A DNA stretch of 32,000 bases from Aeropyrum pernix K1. GTDB lineage: Archaea > Thermoproteota > Thermoprotei_A > Sulfolobales > Acidilobaceae. The stretch lies in the NCBI RefSeq assembly GCF_000011125.1, contig NC_000854.2:60001-92000 (forward strand). The letters run 5' to 3'. Shown piece by piece: positions 17,781 through 27,534 of this stretch (position 1 is the first letter of the stretch; each line of letters opens with the position of its first letter). The notes below the pieces were generated by a model, which saw only the letters and a program-made list of their open reading frames with translations, searched no databases and was not told where the DNA came from. The translations under genes and the position numbers were made by a program.

Positions 17781-19417
17781 AAGGCCAGCTCCTCTAGGCT
17801 GTCCTCCTCTCTTGAGAGCCATCTCCTCGTTTCTTCAACTATGTTTATATCTCTCCCACCTGTGGGTGCTTCGCACTTATCTATCTTAACCACCGCCGGC
17901 ATTCTAGCCATGCTACCCATTATAAGCGCTTCACCAGTGTTTAGGCTTGGGAGAAGGCTTGCTAGGTCCTCGCTAAGCTCTTCGCTGGCAGCCCTAACGT
18001 AGCTTATGTCCTGCGGCTCAACCATCTTTAATATTATCTTATTGTTAGTCTGGCTCAAGACATCAACGTCAAGCTTCTTAGGCCTCTGACTTACTATTAC
18101 AAGACCCACGCCAAACTTTCTCCCCTCCCTAGCTATCCTCGCAGCCCATCTCTTGGTAAGGGTAGGCTCGTCCCTAGGTATTAGCACATGAGCCTCCTCT
18201 ATGATGGTAATCACAGGCACAGGATACACCTCCAAGCCGGAGAGACCCTCGCCCCTGCTGTTAACCCTAGCCTGGAGAAGCCTGCGGAGGTAGTGGCTAG
18301 CCACCGCGTCCGCAACGTTATCCTCCATCATACTGAGATCCATGATGGTCGCCTTACCCGGCTCTATAATCCGAGTCAGATCGATGGGTATGTTCGGGTC
18401 CAGAGCACTACCGTAGAGGTCCTGAAGGTCGTTCAGCTTATCTAGAACACCCAGTATCTGGTCCTGCCTCACGGCGGGTGCGTTGGAGGGTTCATCGCCT
18501 AGAACCTCGCTGAAGGCGCGGGCGAGAGAGCCGGGGTCTTGCTTAGACGACTTGCTTGAGCGGGAGGCTTTCTCGAGGACCTCAACTGCCTTGGGTATGA
18601 GGTCCGCCGCCCCTATCTTCCCCTGGCGATACCGCCTAGCCAGCTCCCCCCAAAGCCACCTCAGAACCCTCTTCTGAGCCGTTGCCTGCGGCTCGAAGCC
18701 CGCCATGTAGAGGAGCTCCCAGTAAGAGAGGCTTGCCGGGTTCACCCTGGCAGGTCTCAGGAGCCTTGCTTCACCGGCTCCTAGGCCTAGAGTACCGTAT
18801 TCTCCATGACGGTCGAAGATGACTGTTGTCACCCCTAACTGCCCGACAAGCCTCCTGGTTATCACGCAGACGGTGTTGCTCTTGCCCCCGCCAGTCACGG
18901 CAAGAATGGCGAGATGCCTGGTAAGCTTGTTAACATCAATCCTATACTCGACACCGCTTCCAAGAAGAGAGCCTATCCTTACCCAGCTGTCTCCCTCCGG
19001 CGAGAAAACCCTTCCCAGGACCTCGCTCCTCGCAAGCCTCACAGTCGACCCCGGCTGTGGAGGTATCTTTGGTGCACTCTGCTCCCCACGCTCCAACAGG
19101 GTTTCGAGGTATGAGACCCACCTAACCCGGGCTACATGGTAGCGTGTAGACTCTACTACACTAGCAACATCAGACTCCAACATCCTCTTAACGGAATCCA
19201 GATCCCTAACCTCGTCGCCGAGGAGTGGTAGGCCCGAGCGTATGGACTCCACTATACCGAGGACGCATCTCCCGTTTAGCGTCGAAACCACGTGAGAGCC
19301 GACTATCACCTTGCCAAGGCTGTCCCTCTCCAGGAGGATGGTGCTGTAGCTGTAGCTACTCTCTCCAATAATGACTCCAATCTCATCCCCACCACATATG
19401 CTAGATTCTGAGGACAC
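17777..19417 (-). CDS. herA: HerA bipolar helicase/ATPase
   Basis: TGGGKSNTVCVI Walker A, VITIIEEAHVLIP Walker B, VIVSQRPKKLDVDVLSQTNNKI; GTG start with strong AGGAGGTGA SD. Confidence 0.95.
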   Translation of the reverse strand: MSSESSICGGDEIGVIIGESSYSYSTILLERDSLGKVIVGSHVVSTLNGRCVLGIVESIRSGLPLLGDEVRDLDSVKRMLESDVASVVESTRYHVARVRWVSYLETLLERGEQSAPKIPPQPGSTVRLARSEVLGRVFSPEGDSWVRIGSLLGSGVEYRIDVNKLTRHLAILAVTGGGKSNTVCVITRRLVGQLGVTTVIFDRHGEYGTLGLGAGEARLLRPARVNPASLSYWELLYMAGFEPQATAQKRVLRWLWGELARRYRQGKIGAADLIPKAVEVLEKASRSSKSSKQDPGSLARAFSEVLGDEPSNAPAVRQDQILGVLDKLNDLQDLYGSALDPNIPIDLTRIIEPGKATIMDLSMMEDNVADAVASHYLRRLLQARVNSRGEGLSGLEVYPVPVITIIEEAHVLIPRDEPTLTKRWAARIAREGRKFGVGLVIVSQRPKKLDVDVLSQTNNKIILKMVEPQDISYVRAASEELSEDLASLLPSLNTGEALIMGSMARMPAVVKIDKCEAPTGGRDINIVEETRRWLSREEDSLEELAL

Positions 19418-20606
19418 CCCTACTCACCTCCTTCAAACTCAAACCCAGTAGGAGGGAGGCCCTCTCCAGGTCATCCCCCGACACCCTAGCCTTCTCGTGC
19501 GCTATTAGGAGGGGGACTGGATAGCCTGAAGGGGAGAAGTTTGCGAGCCTCGAGAGGATCGACTCCAGCAGGCCCAGGTGGTCCCCCAGCTTCTTGTCAC
19601 CGCCGGGTAGAAGTATGGAGACTCTTAGTATAGGGCCTCCGGGTGCTAGGCGGGCGTAGGTGGATACCTCGGCTAGATTCTCATAGAACTTCCTTAACCC
19701 GGCGACGTCGGGGATGAACCTCCCATCACCTTCCCCCACTTCGATGCCCAACATGTTGTTTAGACCAACCTTTACCATGAGGTCCTCGCGAGCAACCGCG
19801 TAGGATGGGCTCTGCGGCGCCCTAGCCTCTATGTATGCCGCGTCCGCTATCGGCCCTCTACAAATCTCGGTGCTCCGAGATGTTTTCGCCACGAAGACGG
19901 GAGTGTAGCCTCTGGCCCACGCCTCCTCGAGCATAGTTTTATACATGTAGAGTTTCTCGGCAACCTCAACAGCAACAATCCACCTAAGCTGCTCGATATT
20001 ATCCGTCAGTGTAGCAAGGATCATGGCTGCCCTGTTGGAAGCCGGCCTCCTGGTGGCCTTCTCGAGCAGCGTCTCCACGCAGCCACCCTCTACGCAGTCG
20101 GGAATTAGTGTTTGGCCCCGAATGCTGGGGAGCATCTTCTCGGCTTCCGAGATAGCGGCGCTCATCTTAAGTCCCCACCTGGAGAGGCCAGGCCTCCACC
20201 ATTTCAAAGCGGTTGAGGGGCTGCCGTCTAGCAGCAGTAGGCCTCTCCCGCCCCCGGGAACCGCCTCCTTTGCAACCACAGCCTCAAGTATCTCCCTATA
20301 GATGGATATCCTAGCCTCGGCATCGCTGGGGGGGACTACGACGCCTAGGCTATGTAGCAATGCCTCCCTACCGCCGCCCCCCGCCCATGCACGGGCGAGA
20401 TATATTGTGAACTCCCTGTAGTCTCTACTCCTATTCCCCCCGTCAACAGCCACAATATTGTCCATGCCCTCCCAGATTTCAATTGGTCTAAAACCCAGGA
20501 GGCCTGGGCACATAATAGACTTCTCCCTTCTCTCCCTAAGAAGTCCCTCAACTAGAGGCCTAACCTCTCTAGCCTCGTCCGCTATGGTGCGGTGGACAGT
20601 CTTCAA
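19401..20606 (-). CDS. nurA: NurA 5'-3' nuclease
   Basis: VAVDGGNRSRDYREF and LLLDGS acidic motifs, between herA and rad50; ORF open to 20645, TTG at 20606 has a GGTGA SD. Confidence 0.87.
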   Translation of the reverse strand: MKTVHRTIADEAREVRPLVEGLLRERREKSIMCPGLLGFRPIEIWEGMDNIVAVDGGNRSRDYREFTIYLARAWAGGGGREALLHSLGVVVPPSDAEARISIYREILEAVVAKEAVPGGGRGLLLLDGSPSTALKWWRPGLSRWGLKMSAAISEAEKMLPSIRGQTLIPDCVEGGCVETLLEKATRRPASNRAAMILATLTDNIEQLRWIVAVEVAEKLYMYKTMLEEAWARGYTPVFVAKTSRSTEICRGPIADAAYIEARAPQSPSYAVAREDLMVKVGLNNMLGIEVGEGDGRFIPDVAGLRKFYENLAEVSTYARLAPGGPILRVSILLPGGDKKLGDHLGLLESILSRLANFSPSGYPVPLLIAHEKARVSGDDLERASLLLGLSLKEVSRGVLRI

Positions 20607-20632
20607 AACATAATCACCCCCCAACCTCCAGT

Positions 20633-23392
20633 CTAGTAGGTGCATTCAACCCTGCTTCCCTGCTGGGTTCGGGTTACAAGGCAGATGGTGTCTGCATAAT
20701 CCCTAACGTCTTCGTGGTGAGTCACCACCACGAGCTGCCTTACCAGGCCCTCGACGCTGATGCCTCTGAGGACCTCTACCAGGCTCCTCCTCCTATCCTC
20801 GTCTAGATTAGCGGTGGGCTCGTCGAGAGCTAAGAAACCCAGCTTACCGCCGACAGCCTTATTCAGTGCTAGTACGAATGAGAGAGCCAGGACCGTCCTT
20901 TCCCCACCGCTGACGGCCTCAAGCGGCCTGTAGGCGCCGTTGCCGCCGATAGCCTTAACCTCTATCTCCCTAGCCGCCTTCTCCCTAATCTCCACGCCAG
21001 CCACGTCTAGGTTGAACCTGGAGAGTATATCGTTCATCTCGTCCTCCAGCACTGCTAAGAGCCTCCTATAGGCAATCTCCCCTATCTCCTCCATAATCCT
21101 CCTGGAAGCAGCGGCGGGTAGGTAGAGCTTTAGTGCTTCCTCGCCACTGGCCTTCCTAGACTTCATCTCTCTAATTCTCGTCTGTAGCTCTCCCATCTCC
21201 CTGTCAATCCTGCTGATCCTGTCGTCCAACTCCGCGAGAGTGTTCTGAACCTCCTTCAGCCTAGCCTCAATCTCACTCTTCCTAGAAACCTCCTTCCTCA
21301 GCTTCTTCTCCTCAGCCTCCAGCTCCTCAAGCCTCTTCATAACCTGCTCAGCCTCCCATTTTAGCTTCGCAGCCTCCTCTTTCAGCCGGCGAGCCTCCTC
21401 AAGCCTCCTCTCTATGGCTGATAGCTCCTTGTCAACACCTTCTAGAGCCTCTCTTGCTTTTTCGAGCAGGTCGTCCAGGCTCCTGTACGCTGTGATTCCA
21501 AGCCTCGTGGCCAGGTCCTCCGCTTTCGAGACGAGCATCCTCTCGAGCTTTTTCGACTCGCTGCTCAAGGTCTTAAGCTTCTCCCTAGCCTCCTCCTCCT
21601 TTATGCCTAGACGCTGTAAAACCTCTAGGGCTCTTGTCTTAGCCTCTCGCAGTGCAACTTCCTCGCGGGATAGATTCCTAACCTTCTCCTCGAGACTGTT
21701 CTCAAGCTTTCTAAGCTCCTCCAGCCTCTCTCTAAGCATTCTTAGCTTCTGCTCGGCCTTCGCGAGGTCCTCGGGAGTTTGGAACCCTAGCTCGCGCAGG
21801 CCTTCCTCAAGCTGGTTCAGCCTGGATAATAGTAGCTCTATCCTCCTCCGCTTGTCCTGTAGGCGGGAGGCCTCAGCCCTGGCCTTCTCAGCCTCAGCAG
21901 CCTTCTCCTTGGCAGCCTTCCTTAATCTTTCCGCCTCGTGCCTATAGTGTCTGGCTATAGCCTCTGCCCTCCCGGGGGGAAGCTCGGCTCCGCATACCGG
22001 GCATCTCGCGCTCCCTCCACTCTCCTCTAGCATTGATAAGGCCTGGACTAACCTCCTGGCTTCTGCTTCCAGGGCTGATGCTTCCTGGTCTAGAGCCCGG
22101 GCTTTTGATTCTAGATCGTTTATCACGGCGTCTAGCCTTTCCAATACAGACTCCGGTTTTTCGCTGCCGCATAGGTCTTTAGAGCGGCATTCGGATAGTA
22201 CTCGCCTAATGTTTGTGACTATGCTCCTTCCCCTGGTGACACGATAGTCGAGGAGAGTGTATCGCCTCTGCTCCTCTTTAATGCTGGATCTAGCCTCGAG
22301 AAGCCTGTTCTCAGCCTCCCTCCTCGCAGACTCAATCTCCTTGAGCCTGCGCGATACTTCCAGCTTTTCTACAGCATCTCTAATCATTTCCAAGTCTCTC
22401 CCCAGCTTGTCCAATCGGCTCTGAAGTCTTGCAAGCTCGGCGACCTCGTGAGCCAGCGAAGCTTTCGCCCTGAGTTCCGCCCTCCGCTTCTCGAGGTCAT
22501 CGATGGATGAGATCTTTGATTCCGCATATCTTAGGCGTGTGTTGATGGTATCCAGCTTCGACCTCTCGCTCCTAATCATGCTGGTAACGTTGACAAGCAT
22601 CTCCTCCATAGTCTCTAGTTTCCCTATCTCGCTCTGTAAGGCCTTGGCTTCTGACTCGAGATCCCTGGCACGCCTCTCAAGCTCCTCCCTCTCCCTCTCA
22701 AGCTCTTCCAGCCTCTTGGAAGCCTCCCTTATCTCCCTATCAACTCCCAGGACCTCGTTCCTCAGCGTCATGTACCCTGACTGAAGCCTGGTTATAGACT
22801 TGGAGCCGAGCTTGACAGGACTCCCGTCCGGGGAAACGCCTAGAACCACATCACCGATGTTTGATATGGCCTGCTTGAGCAGGGCATAGCCTAGGGCGGC
22901 GTCAAGGAGGTCTCTCAGCTCCTTAGGTTCTGACAGGATTTCTGCGAGGGTTTGGAGTCCTCCTTGGGAGATTATTATCGCCTTCTCTATGTACGATGCG
23001 GGGTTGGGCAGCCCCCTGAGCCCGAGTATCTTATGGATCTCCTCTTTGTACCCCGTGGGCTTGCTGGCGATCCTCCGCCCCTCCAGGGTGATGATGGCCG
23101 CTTCCGTATTCGTACCCCCCCCTCTCCTGATCAGCTTGTTCCTCAACTCGAGTAGCCGGCCCTCGCTGGACTGGAGGGCAAGGTATATTTCTCCTCGACT
23201 AGAGTTTTCGCTTATCATGCTCGACCTCCTAGGCGCTTGATGGGGGGTTATGCTGAACAGTATCGCCTCGAGTATAGTGCTCTTCCCCGCGCCGTTGCGG
23301 CCTACGATAGCTGTGAAGCCTTCGCGGAAATCTATACTGGTGTTGAAGTGGCTCATTATGTTTCTCAGCTCGAGCCTCTTCAGGACATACAC
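20633..23392 (-). CDS. rad50: Rad50 SMC-like ATPase
   Basis: IVGRNGAGKSTILEAI Walker A, CPVCGAEL zinc hook, LSGGERTVLALSF-type signature (VSGGERTVLALSFVLALN), LGFLALDEPTANLDEDRR Walker B. Confidence 0.97.
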   Translation of the reverse strand: MYVLKRLELRNIMSHFNTSIDFREGFTAIVGRNGAGKSTILEAILFSITPHQAPRRSSMISENSSRGEIYLALQSSEGRLLELRNKLIRRGGGTNTEAAIITLEGRRIASKPTGYKEEIHKILGLRGLPNPASYIEKAIIISQGGLQTLAEILSEPKELRDLLDAALGYALLKQAISNIGDVVLGVSPDGSPVKLGSKSITRLQSGYMTLRNEVLGVDREIREASKRLEELEREREELERRARDLESEAKALQSEIGKLETMEEMLVNVTSMIRSERSKLDTINTRLRYAESKISSIDDLEKRRAELRAKASLAHEVAELARLQSRLDKLGRDLEMIRDAVEKLEVSRRLKEIESARREAENRLLEARSSIKEEQRRYTLLDYRVTRGRSIVTNIRRVLSECRSKDLCGSEKPESVLERLDAVINDLESKARALDQEASALEAEARRLVQALSMLEESGGSARCPVCGAELPPGRAEAIARHYRHEAERLRKAAKEKAAEAEKARAEASRLQDKRRRIELLLSRLNQLEEGLRELGFQTPEDLAKAEQKLRMLRERLEELRKLENSLEEKVRNLSREEVALREAKTRALEVLQRLGIKEEEAREKLKTLSSESKKLERMLVSKAEDLATRLGITAYRSLDDLLEKAREALEGVDKELSAIERRLEEARRLKEEAAKLKWEAEQVMKRLEELEAEEKKLRKEVSRKSEIEARLKEVQNTLAELDDRISRIDREMGELQTRIREMKSRKASGEEALKLYLPAAASRRIMEEIGEIAYRRLLAVLEDEMNDILSRFNLDVAGVEIREKAAREIEVKAIGGNGAYRPLEAVSGGERTVLALSFVLALNKAVGGKLGFLALDEPTANLDEDRRRSLVEVLRGISVEGLVRQLVVVTHHEDVRDYADTICLVTRTQQGSRVECTY

Positions 23393-23398
23393 AGAGCC

Positions 23399-24637
23399 TC
23401 ACCTCATGTAGAGTATCCTCTTCCACGTGTCTTGGCTGACGGTGGTGGCGAGTGTTTCCAGGATCTCCCTCACCCTCAACTCGTCCTTCTCGGCGGCCGC
23501 CTCAGCCAAATCATGCAATATAGTGCTGGCTGCGTTGAGAGGTATCTTGTAATACTCCGCAGCAATCTTTGCAAGGTCCAGGGGACCCTCACCTTGGAGG
23601 CCAGGAGAGGTGCCAGCGTGCTCGCCCCCGGCGACAATCTTCCAGTGAATCTTCAGCAAAACATCAGCCCCTCCAGCAGCCTTTCTTGCCTCTGCTATAA
23701 CCCTTGCTTTGCTAATGGGCTTATCGGATTTTATTATCACGTGAATTAGAGGTTTGAGCCAGTCTTCCCTACTGGCTCTAACATTGGCCAAGACTCTCCT
23801 TAAACCTCTGTTCACAGCGTTATAGATGCTCCCCCCATCCCCAATGTCAACCTCGATCCTGTACTGGGGCCTCCGGGGAACCTTAACCTTCTCAATGATA
23901 GGAGCGTCCCCGCTAAGGTCAACGTAAAGGGGGCTCCCGGGCGTGTTTATCTCCTCAACCTTCAACGGGTCCAAGACACCTGGGTAGGCATAGGGAGTGG
24001 GTGCATCAAGCCTTATCCGCGGTGCATGTAGATGACCTAGGGCAGCATACTTAGCTCCCGAGGGCAGGTCGCTGGGTGAGGCCACCGCGTCAAACTGCAT
24101 TTCAGCGTCAAGGGACATGTGAGCCAGTAGGACGAGCGTCCCGCTAGAGGTCCTCGAGATCTGGTCGAACTCCCTCAGAAACCTGAGCGTGAGCCTCCGT
24201 CTCTCCTCGAGAGGGACCTTGAAGAAGGGGACCACAGCAACTTTCAAACTACCCAGGTCAACTACAAAATCCCCCGGACGCATTCCAGACCTATAGAGAG
24301 GCGCCTTAAAACCGTCGAGACTCGCCTCCATTAGGGATAGCAGGGTCTCATCCCTAACAGAAGGGGTATCATGCTCCCCGTGAGCGGCCAGAACAGGTAT
24401 GCCAGCGTCGGTCAACGCCCTCACGAGCTCCACGGCCTGCTTAACGTCTCTCAATGGAAGCTTGGGCTTATCGAAAAGATCGCCAGCTATGAGAACAGCA
24501 TCAGGCCTATCTTTTAAAGCAGTTTCAACAACAAACTCGAAAGATCTGAAGATGTCGTCTCGACGCTCCTCAAGCCCATACGGCCTAGCCCCGAGATGAA
24601 CATCAGCAACATGGAGGACCTTCGGCATCCAGTCCAA
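23399..24637 (-). CDS. mre11: Mre11 nuclease
   Basis: LHVADVHLGAR, VLIAGDLFDKP, LAAHGEHDTPS, YAALGHLHAP phosphoesterase motifs. Confidence 0.96.
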   Translation of the reverse strand: MDWMPKVLHVADVHLGARPYGLEERRDDIFRSFEFVVETALKDRPDAVLIAGDLFDKPKLPLRDVKQAVELVRALTDAGIPVLAAHGEHDTPSVRDETLLSLMEASLDGFKAPLYRSGMRPGDFVVDLGSLKVAVVPFFKVPLEERRRLTLRFLREFDQISRTSSGTLVLLAHMSLDAEMQFDAVASPSDLPSGAKYAALGHLHAPRIRLDAPTPYAYPGVLDPLKVEEINTPGSPLYVDLSGDAPIIEKVKVPRRPQYRIEVDIGDGGSIYNAVNRGLRRVLANVRASREDWLKPLIHVIIKSDKPISKARVIAEARKAAGGADVLLKIHWKIVAGGEHAGTSPGLQGEGPLDLAKIAAEYYKIPLNAASTILHDLAEAAAEKDELRVREILETLATTVSQDTWKRILYMR

Positions 24638-24781
24638 ACCCCCAGGTGGATAGAGGATGTATTACCTAAAAGAGGTAAACTCCCTGCTCAGACTCTAGGA
24701 GGGGGTTTTACGCTGGATGCCTGGAGTCTAATAGCGGAGATGGTATCAGGCGGTGTAGAATGCTAGAGAGATTAGAGAGGC

Positions 24782-24934
24782 CTACTTCTTCTTCTTGGGC
24801 CTAAGATTCTTGCTCCTGCAGCGTCTACACTTGGTAGCCGACATTGGATTTAGAGCTCCGCACCTCCTGCACACCTTCTTATTCAAAACTCTCTTCTCGA
24901 ATATCGCCACGAGCTCTGGGTCTGTTATAGGCAT
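24782..24934 (-). CDS. rpl40e: Ribosomal protein L40e (50 aa)
   Basis: Translated by hand: [50 protein letters not shown]; absent from ORF track because it is under the length cutoff. Confidence 0.96.
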   Translation of the reverse strand: MPITDPELVAIFEKRVLNKKVCRRCGALNPMSATKCRRCRSKNLRPKKKK

Positions 24935-25003
24935 GCCCTCGCTGCACCCCCAGGGCTACCCTACATGGAGCGAGAGCTTATTAATATGGCCTGGATTGCT
25001 GGG

Positions 25004-26056
25004 CTATCCGAACCACATGTCGAGCCTCGACTGCCTGCCCCTGAGCTTCTCCCTGTAAGCCTTCCCCAGCCTCTCGAGGGCCCTCTCCACCCTCTCGGGA
25101 TTGAAGTCGTGCCTCTCTACAAGAATCTCCCTAACCTTGTCCTGATCCGGCTTCCTAAACTCAATCTTGTAGTCGTCTGTGACGGGGGGGTTCAAGAAGT
25201 ACTCGTACACCTTTCTAAGATAATCCGGGTCATATTCCCCCCGTGGGACGGAAGCCAACACCTTCATCGGGTCTCCCAGGCTCTTAACAAGCCTTAGGGC
25301 TGTCTTAGGCCCATAACCCCTCACACCGCCGGGGTTGTAGTCCGTGCCGAGGAGGATACCCACCGCTATCAACTGCTCCCTTGTTATCCCCAGCTTGCTG
25401 AGCAGAGGCTCGAGCTCTATGATCTCCGGCTTTATCTCGACATACTGATCCCTACCCGGGAGCTTCCTACGACCTGTTATGGCTAGGTTTCTCACAAGCC
25501 TAGGCGAGCCGAACAGGAGGCTATCGTAGTCCTGGCTCCCCGTCGCCCATGCATCACCCTTCCTAGCCATATAGGCTGCCTGAGCCTCACCCTCGGCAGG
25601 CGCCTGAACCCAGGGCATCCCCATAGCATCCAGCAGCTCCTTCGACTCCTCCACCATGTCGCTCGTAAGCCTCGCAGCCATCATAGCGTACTTCCTAGCC
25701 TCCTCAACCTCTCCCGCCTCGACAGCCCTCCTATACCTCGCCTCAGCCTCCGCCTTCCTCCTAAGCCTCTCTTCAACCTCCCGGCTCTTCATTTCAGGAG
25801 GCTTCCCGTCGAAGACGTAGACGGGCTTAATACCCTCCTCCACCAGGTTAATGGTCCTGTAGAACAGGCCGCTGAGGTGGCTTGTAACCCTGCCCTCCCT
25901 ATCCAAAAGGGGAGTGCCGTCGGGCTGCCTGATGGCGGTGAGGAACTGGTAGAGCATGTTATACGCGTCAAGCGCTAGAACATACCCCGAGAGAGCCCTA
26001 AGCTCCACCTCCCTCCTAGCCTCGGGAGGAATCAACTCCCTAAGGTTGACTCCCAA
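25004..26056 (-). CDS. fen: Flap endonuclease FEN1, 350 aa
   Basis: Track ORF extends to 26209, but the conserved N-terminus GVNLRELIPPEAR follows a TTG at 26056; YVFDGKPP, EGEAQAAYMA, GSQDYDSLLFG, GTDYNPGG; C-terminal PIP box QSRLDMWF. Confidence 0.95.
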   Translation of the reverse strand: MGVNLRELIPPEARREVELRALSGYVLALDAYNMLYQFLTAIRQPDGTPLLDREGRVTSHLSGLFYRTINLVEEGIKPVYVFDGKPPEMKSREVEERLRRKAEAEARYRRAVEAGEVEEARKYAMMAARLTSDMVEESKELLDAMGMPWVQAPAEGEAQAAYMARKGDAWATGSQDYDSLLFGSPRLVRNLAITGRRKLPGRDQYVEIKPEIIELEPLLSKLGITREQLIAVGILLGTDYNPGGVRGYGPKTALRLVKSLGDPMKVLASVPRGEYDPDYLRKVYEYFLNPPVTDDYKIEFRKPDQDKVREILVERHDFNPERVERALERLGKAYREKLRGRQSRLDMWFG

Positions 26057-26156
26057 TACTAACCCCCCATTTTTGTAAAGAGTGAAGGGCTCCTGATTAA
26101 TCAAAATAATGTCCTGAAGAGCGAGTTCTAAACCGGTTTCGGAAGGGCTGGTTACA

Positions 26157-26765
26157 ATGAGCAACGGTGAAAAACGCCGTAGAGTCCAGTACCTGGGGAG
26201 GCATATCATGATAAAGGGAGTCTATGCTGACAAGCTGCTGGAAGGAAGGAAGACCACTACGATAAGGCTTGGCATAGTTAAGCCCAGGTACAGGGAGGTG
26301 ATAATCCACGGCCACGGAAGGCCGCTGGCTAAGGCAGAAATCGTCGACGTACACGTCAAGAAGGTTTCAGAGCTGACTCTGGAAGACGCTAGGCGAGACG
26401 GGTTCAGGAGCGTCAGAGAGCTCATAGAAAGTCTCGAGAGGGTTTATGGGTATAAACTGGATCCTGAAGATGCTGTGACGATAATACATCTCAGGGTTAA
26501 ACAAAGGTTCGACAACCTAGACCTAAGCGACCCCTATCTAGGGCTGGAGCCGGCAGACATAGCCAGGCTAGGCCTGCGATACCTTGGAGACTCTCTTAGC
26601 GATGAGGAGAAGAGAGTATTAGAGGACCTCACAAGAACAAACAGCATAAGAGCTACAGCAGTAAGGCTCTATGGAAGCATTGAGAGGAGGGGAAGGGTGA
26701 GGAGGGTTTTGAGGAGAGTTCTGCAGGAGCTGTTGCGAAGAGGCCTCATAAAGGGGGAGAAGTGA
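26157..26765 (+). CDS. ASCH-domain protein
   Basis: YADKLLEGRKTTTIRLG and AEIVDVHVKKVSELTLEDARRDGF are ASCH-like; divergent from FEN1. Confidence 0.75.
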   Translation: MSNGEKRRRVQYLGRHIMIKGVYADKLLEGRKTTTIRLGIVKPRYREVIIHGHGRPLAKAEIVDVHVKKVSELTLEDARRDGFRSVRELIESLERVYGYKLDPEDAVTIIHLRVKQRFDNLDLSDPYLGLEPADIARLGLRYLGDSLSDEEKRVLEDLTRTNSIRATAVRLYGSIERRGRVRRVLRRVLQELLRRGLIKGEK

Positions 26766-26986
26766 TATATGGGTTGATAAACCTCGAGATTCTGTATCAC
26801 CCTTCACAACCGCCTCGACTAGTCTAAGCCGCTTCATCGGGGGCATGAGTGGTTATGACGTTAGACACTCTGGCTAGTTAAAGAGGTTTGAGGGGGCGGG
26901 CACTAGACTCCCCTATATACCCTAATCTCTCTACCTCAATCAATGGTTGGATATAAGCGCTCGAGAGGTGGAGCTAGGCTCACGGG

Positions 26987-27286
26987 GTGTCCACGGTTAT
27001 GGGATATACCTTAAACGAGCAGCTAACGGATATTACCATATGTCCAAGGTGCTCAGCACCCTCAGCTATATACAGGTACAGCATCAGTAGCGAGAGAAGC
27101 AATGAAGGCGTTTATGTTAGGATAGTGTATTCTATGAAGTGTGACATTTGCGGGTATAGCGAAAGTATGAGGGGGTCGATGCCTCTAAGCGTTGCCTACA
27201 AGCTACGTCACCTCTTCATTCCCAGGGTGAAGATCGCTCTCGAGAAGACATACCTCCTCGCTGAGAAGCTCGAGAAGAGGGCATAG
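26987..27286 (+). CDS. Small zinc-ribbon protein, unknown function
   Basis: ITICPRCSAP...SMKCDICGYSE two CxxC pairs. Confidence 0.65.
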   Translation: MSTVMGYTLNEQLTDITICPRCSAPSAIYRYSISSERSNEGVYVRIVYSMKCDICGYSESMRGSMPLSVAYKLRHLFIPRVKIALEKTYLLAEKLEKRA

Positions 27287-27350
27287 CATACCCCCTGCAA
27301 TATAAGGCTCCCGAGCCTTCATCCTACATACTTCAGGGTGTTCGGCAGGC

Positions 27351-27500
27351 TTGAAAGGCTGGAGACTGAAGTGCAGCCAGTGCGGTAGGGAATGGGTGCT
27401 GCCTGTCAGCTTCAGGCTGAACGAGATGGGCAGGCTCTACCATTTCTGCCCGTACTGCAGGGAGAATACTTTCCATTCTGTCGTAGGCAGGGAGGCATAG
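27351..27500 (+). CDS. Candidate 49-aa zinc-ribbon protein
   Basis: Hand translation from TTG: MKGWRLKCSQCGREWVLPVSFRLNEMGRLYHFCPYCRENTFHSVVGREA; two CxxC pairs (CSQC, CPYC); GGTG SD-like upstream; missing from ORF track. Confidence 0.62.
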   Translation: MKGWRLKCSQCGREWVLPVSFRLNEMGRLYHFCPYCRENTFHSVVGREA

Positions 27501-27534
27501 GGTATATGCTTTGTTGTGTGTGTAGTGTTCGGAG

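Noticed and set aside
21414-21947. 177-aa ORF on + strand inside rad50
   Set aside because: Antisense to the rad50 coiled-coil. It is a Ser/Leu-rich artefact of GAG/CTC-rich codons with no domain features.
22942-23749. ORFs of 65-170 aa overlapping the rad50/mre11 junction
   Set aside because: They lie antisense or out of frame to two strongly supported genes and have no recognisable motifs.
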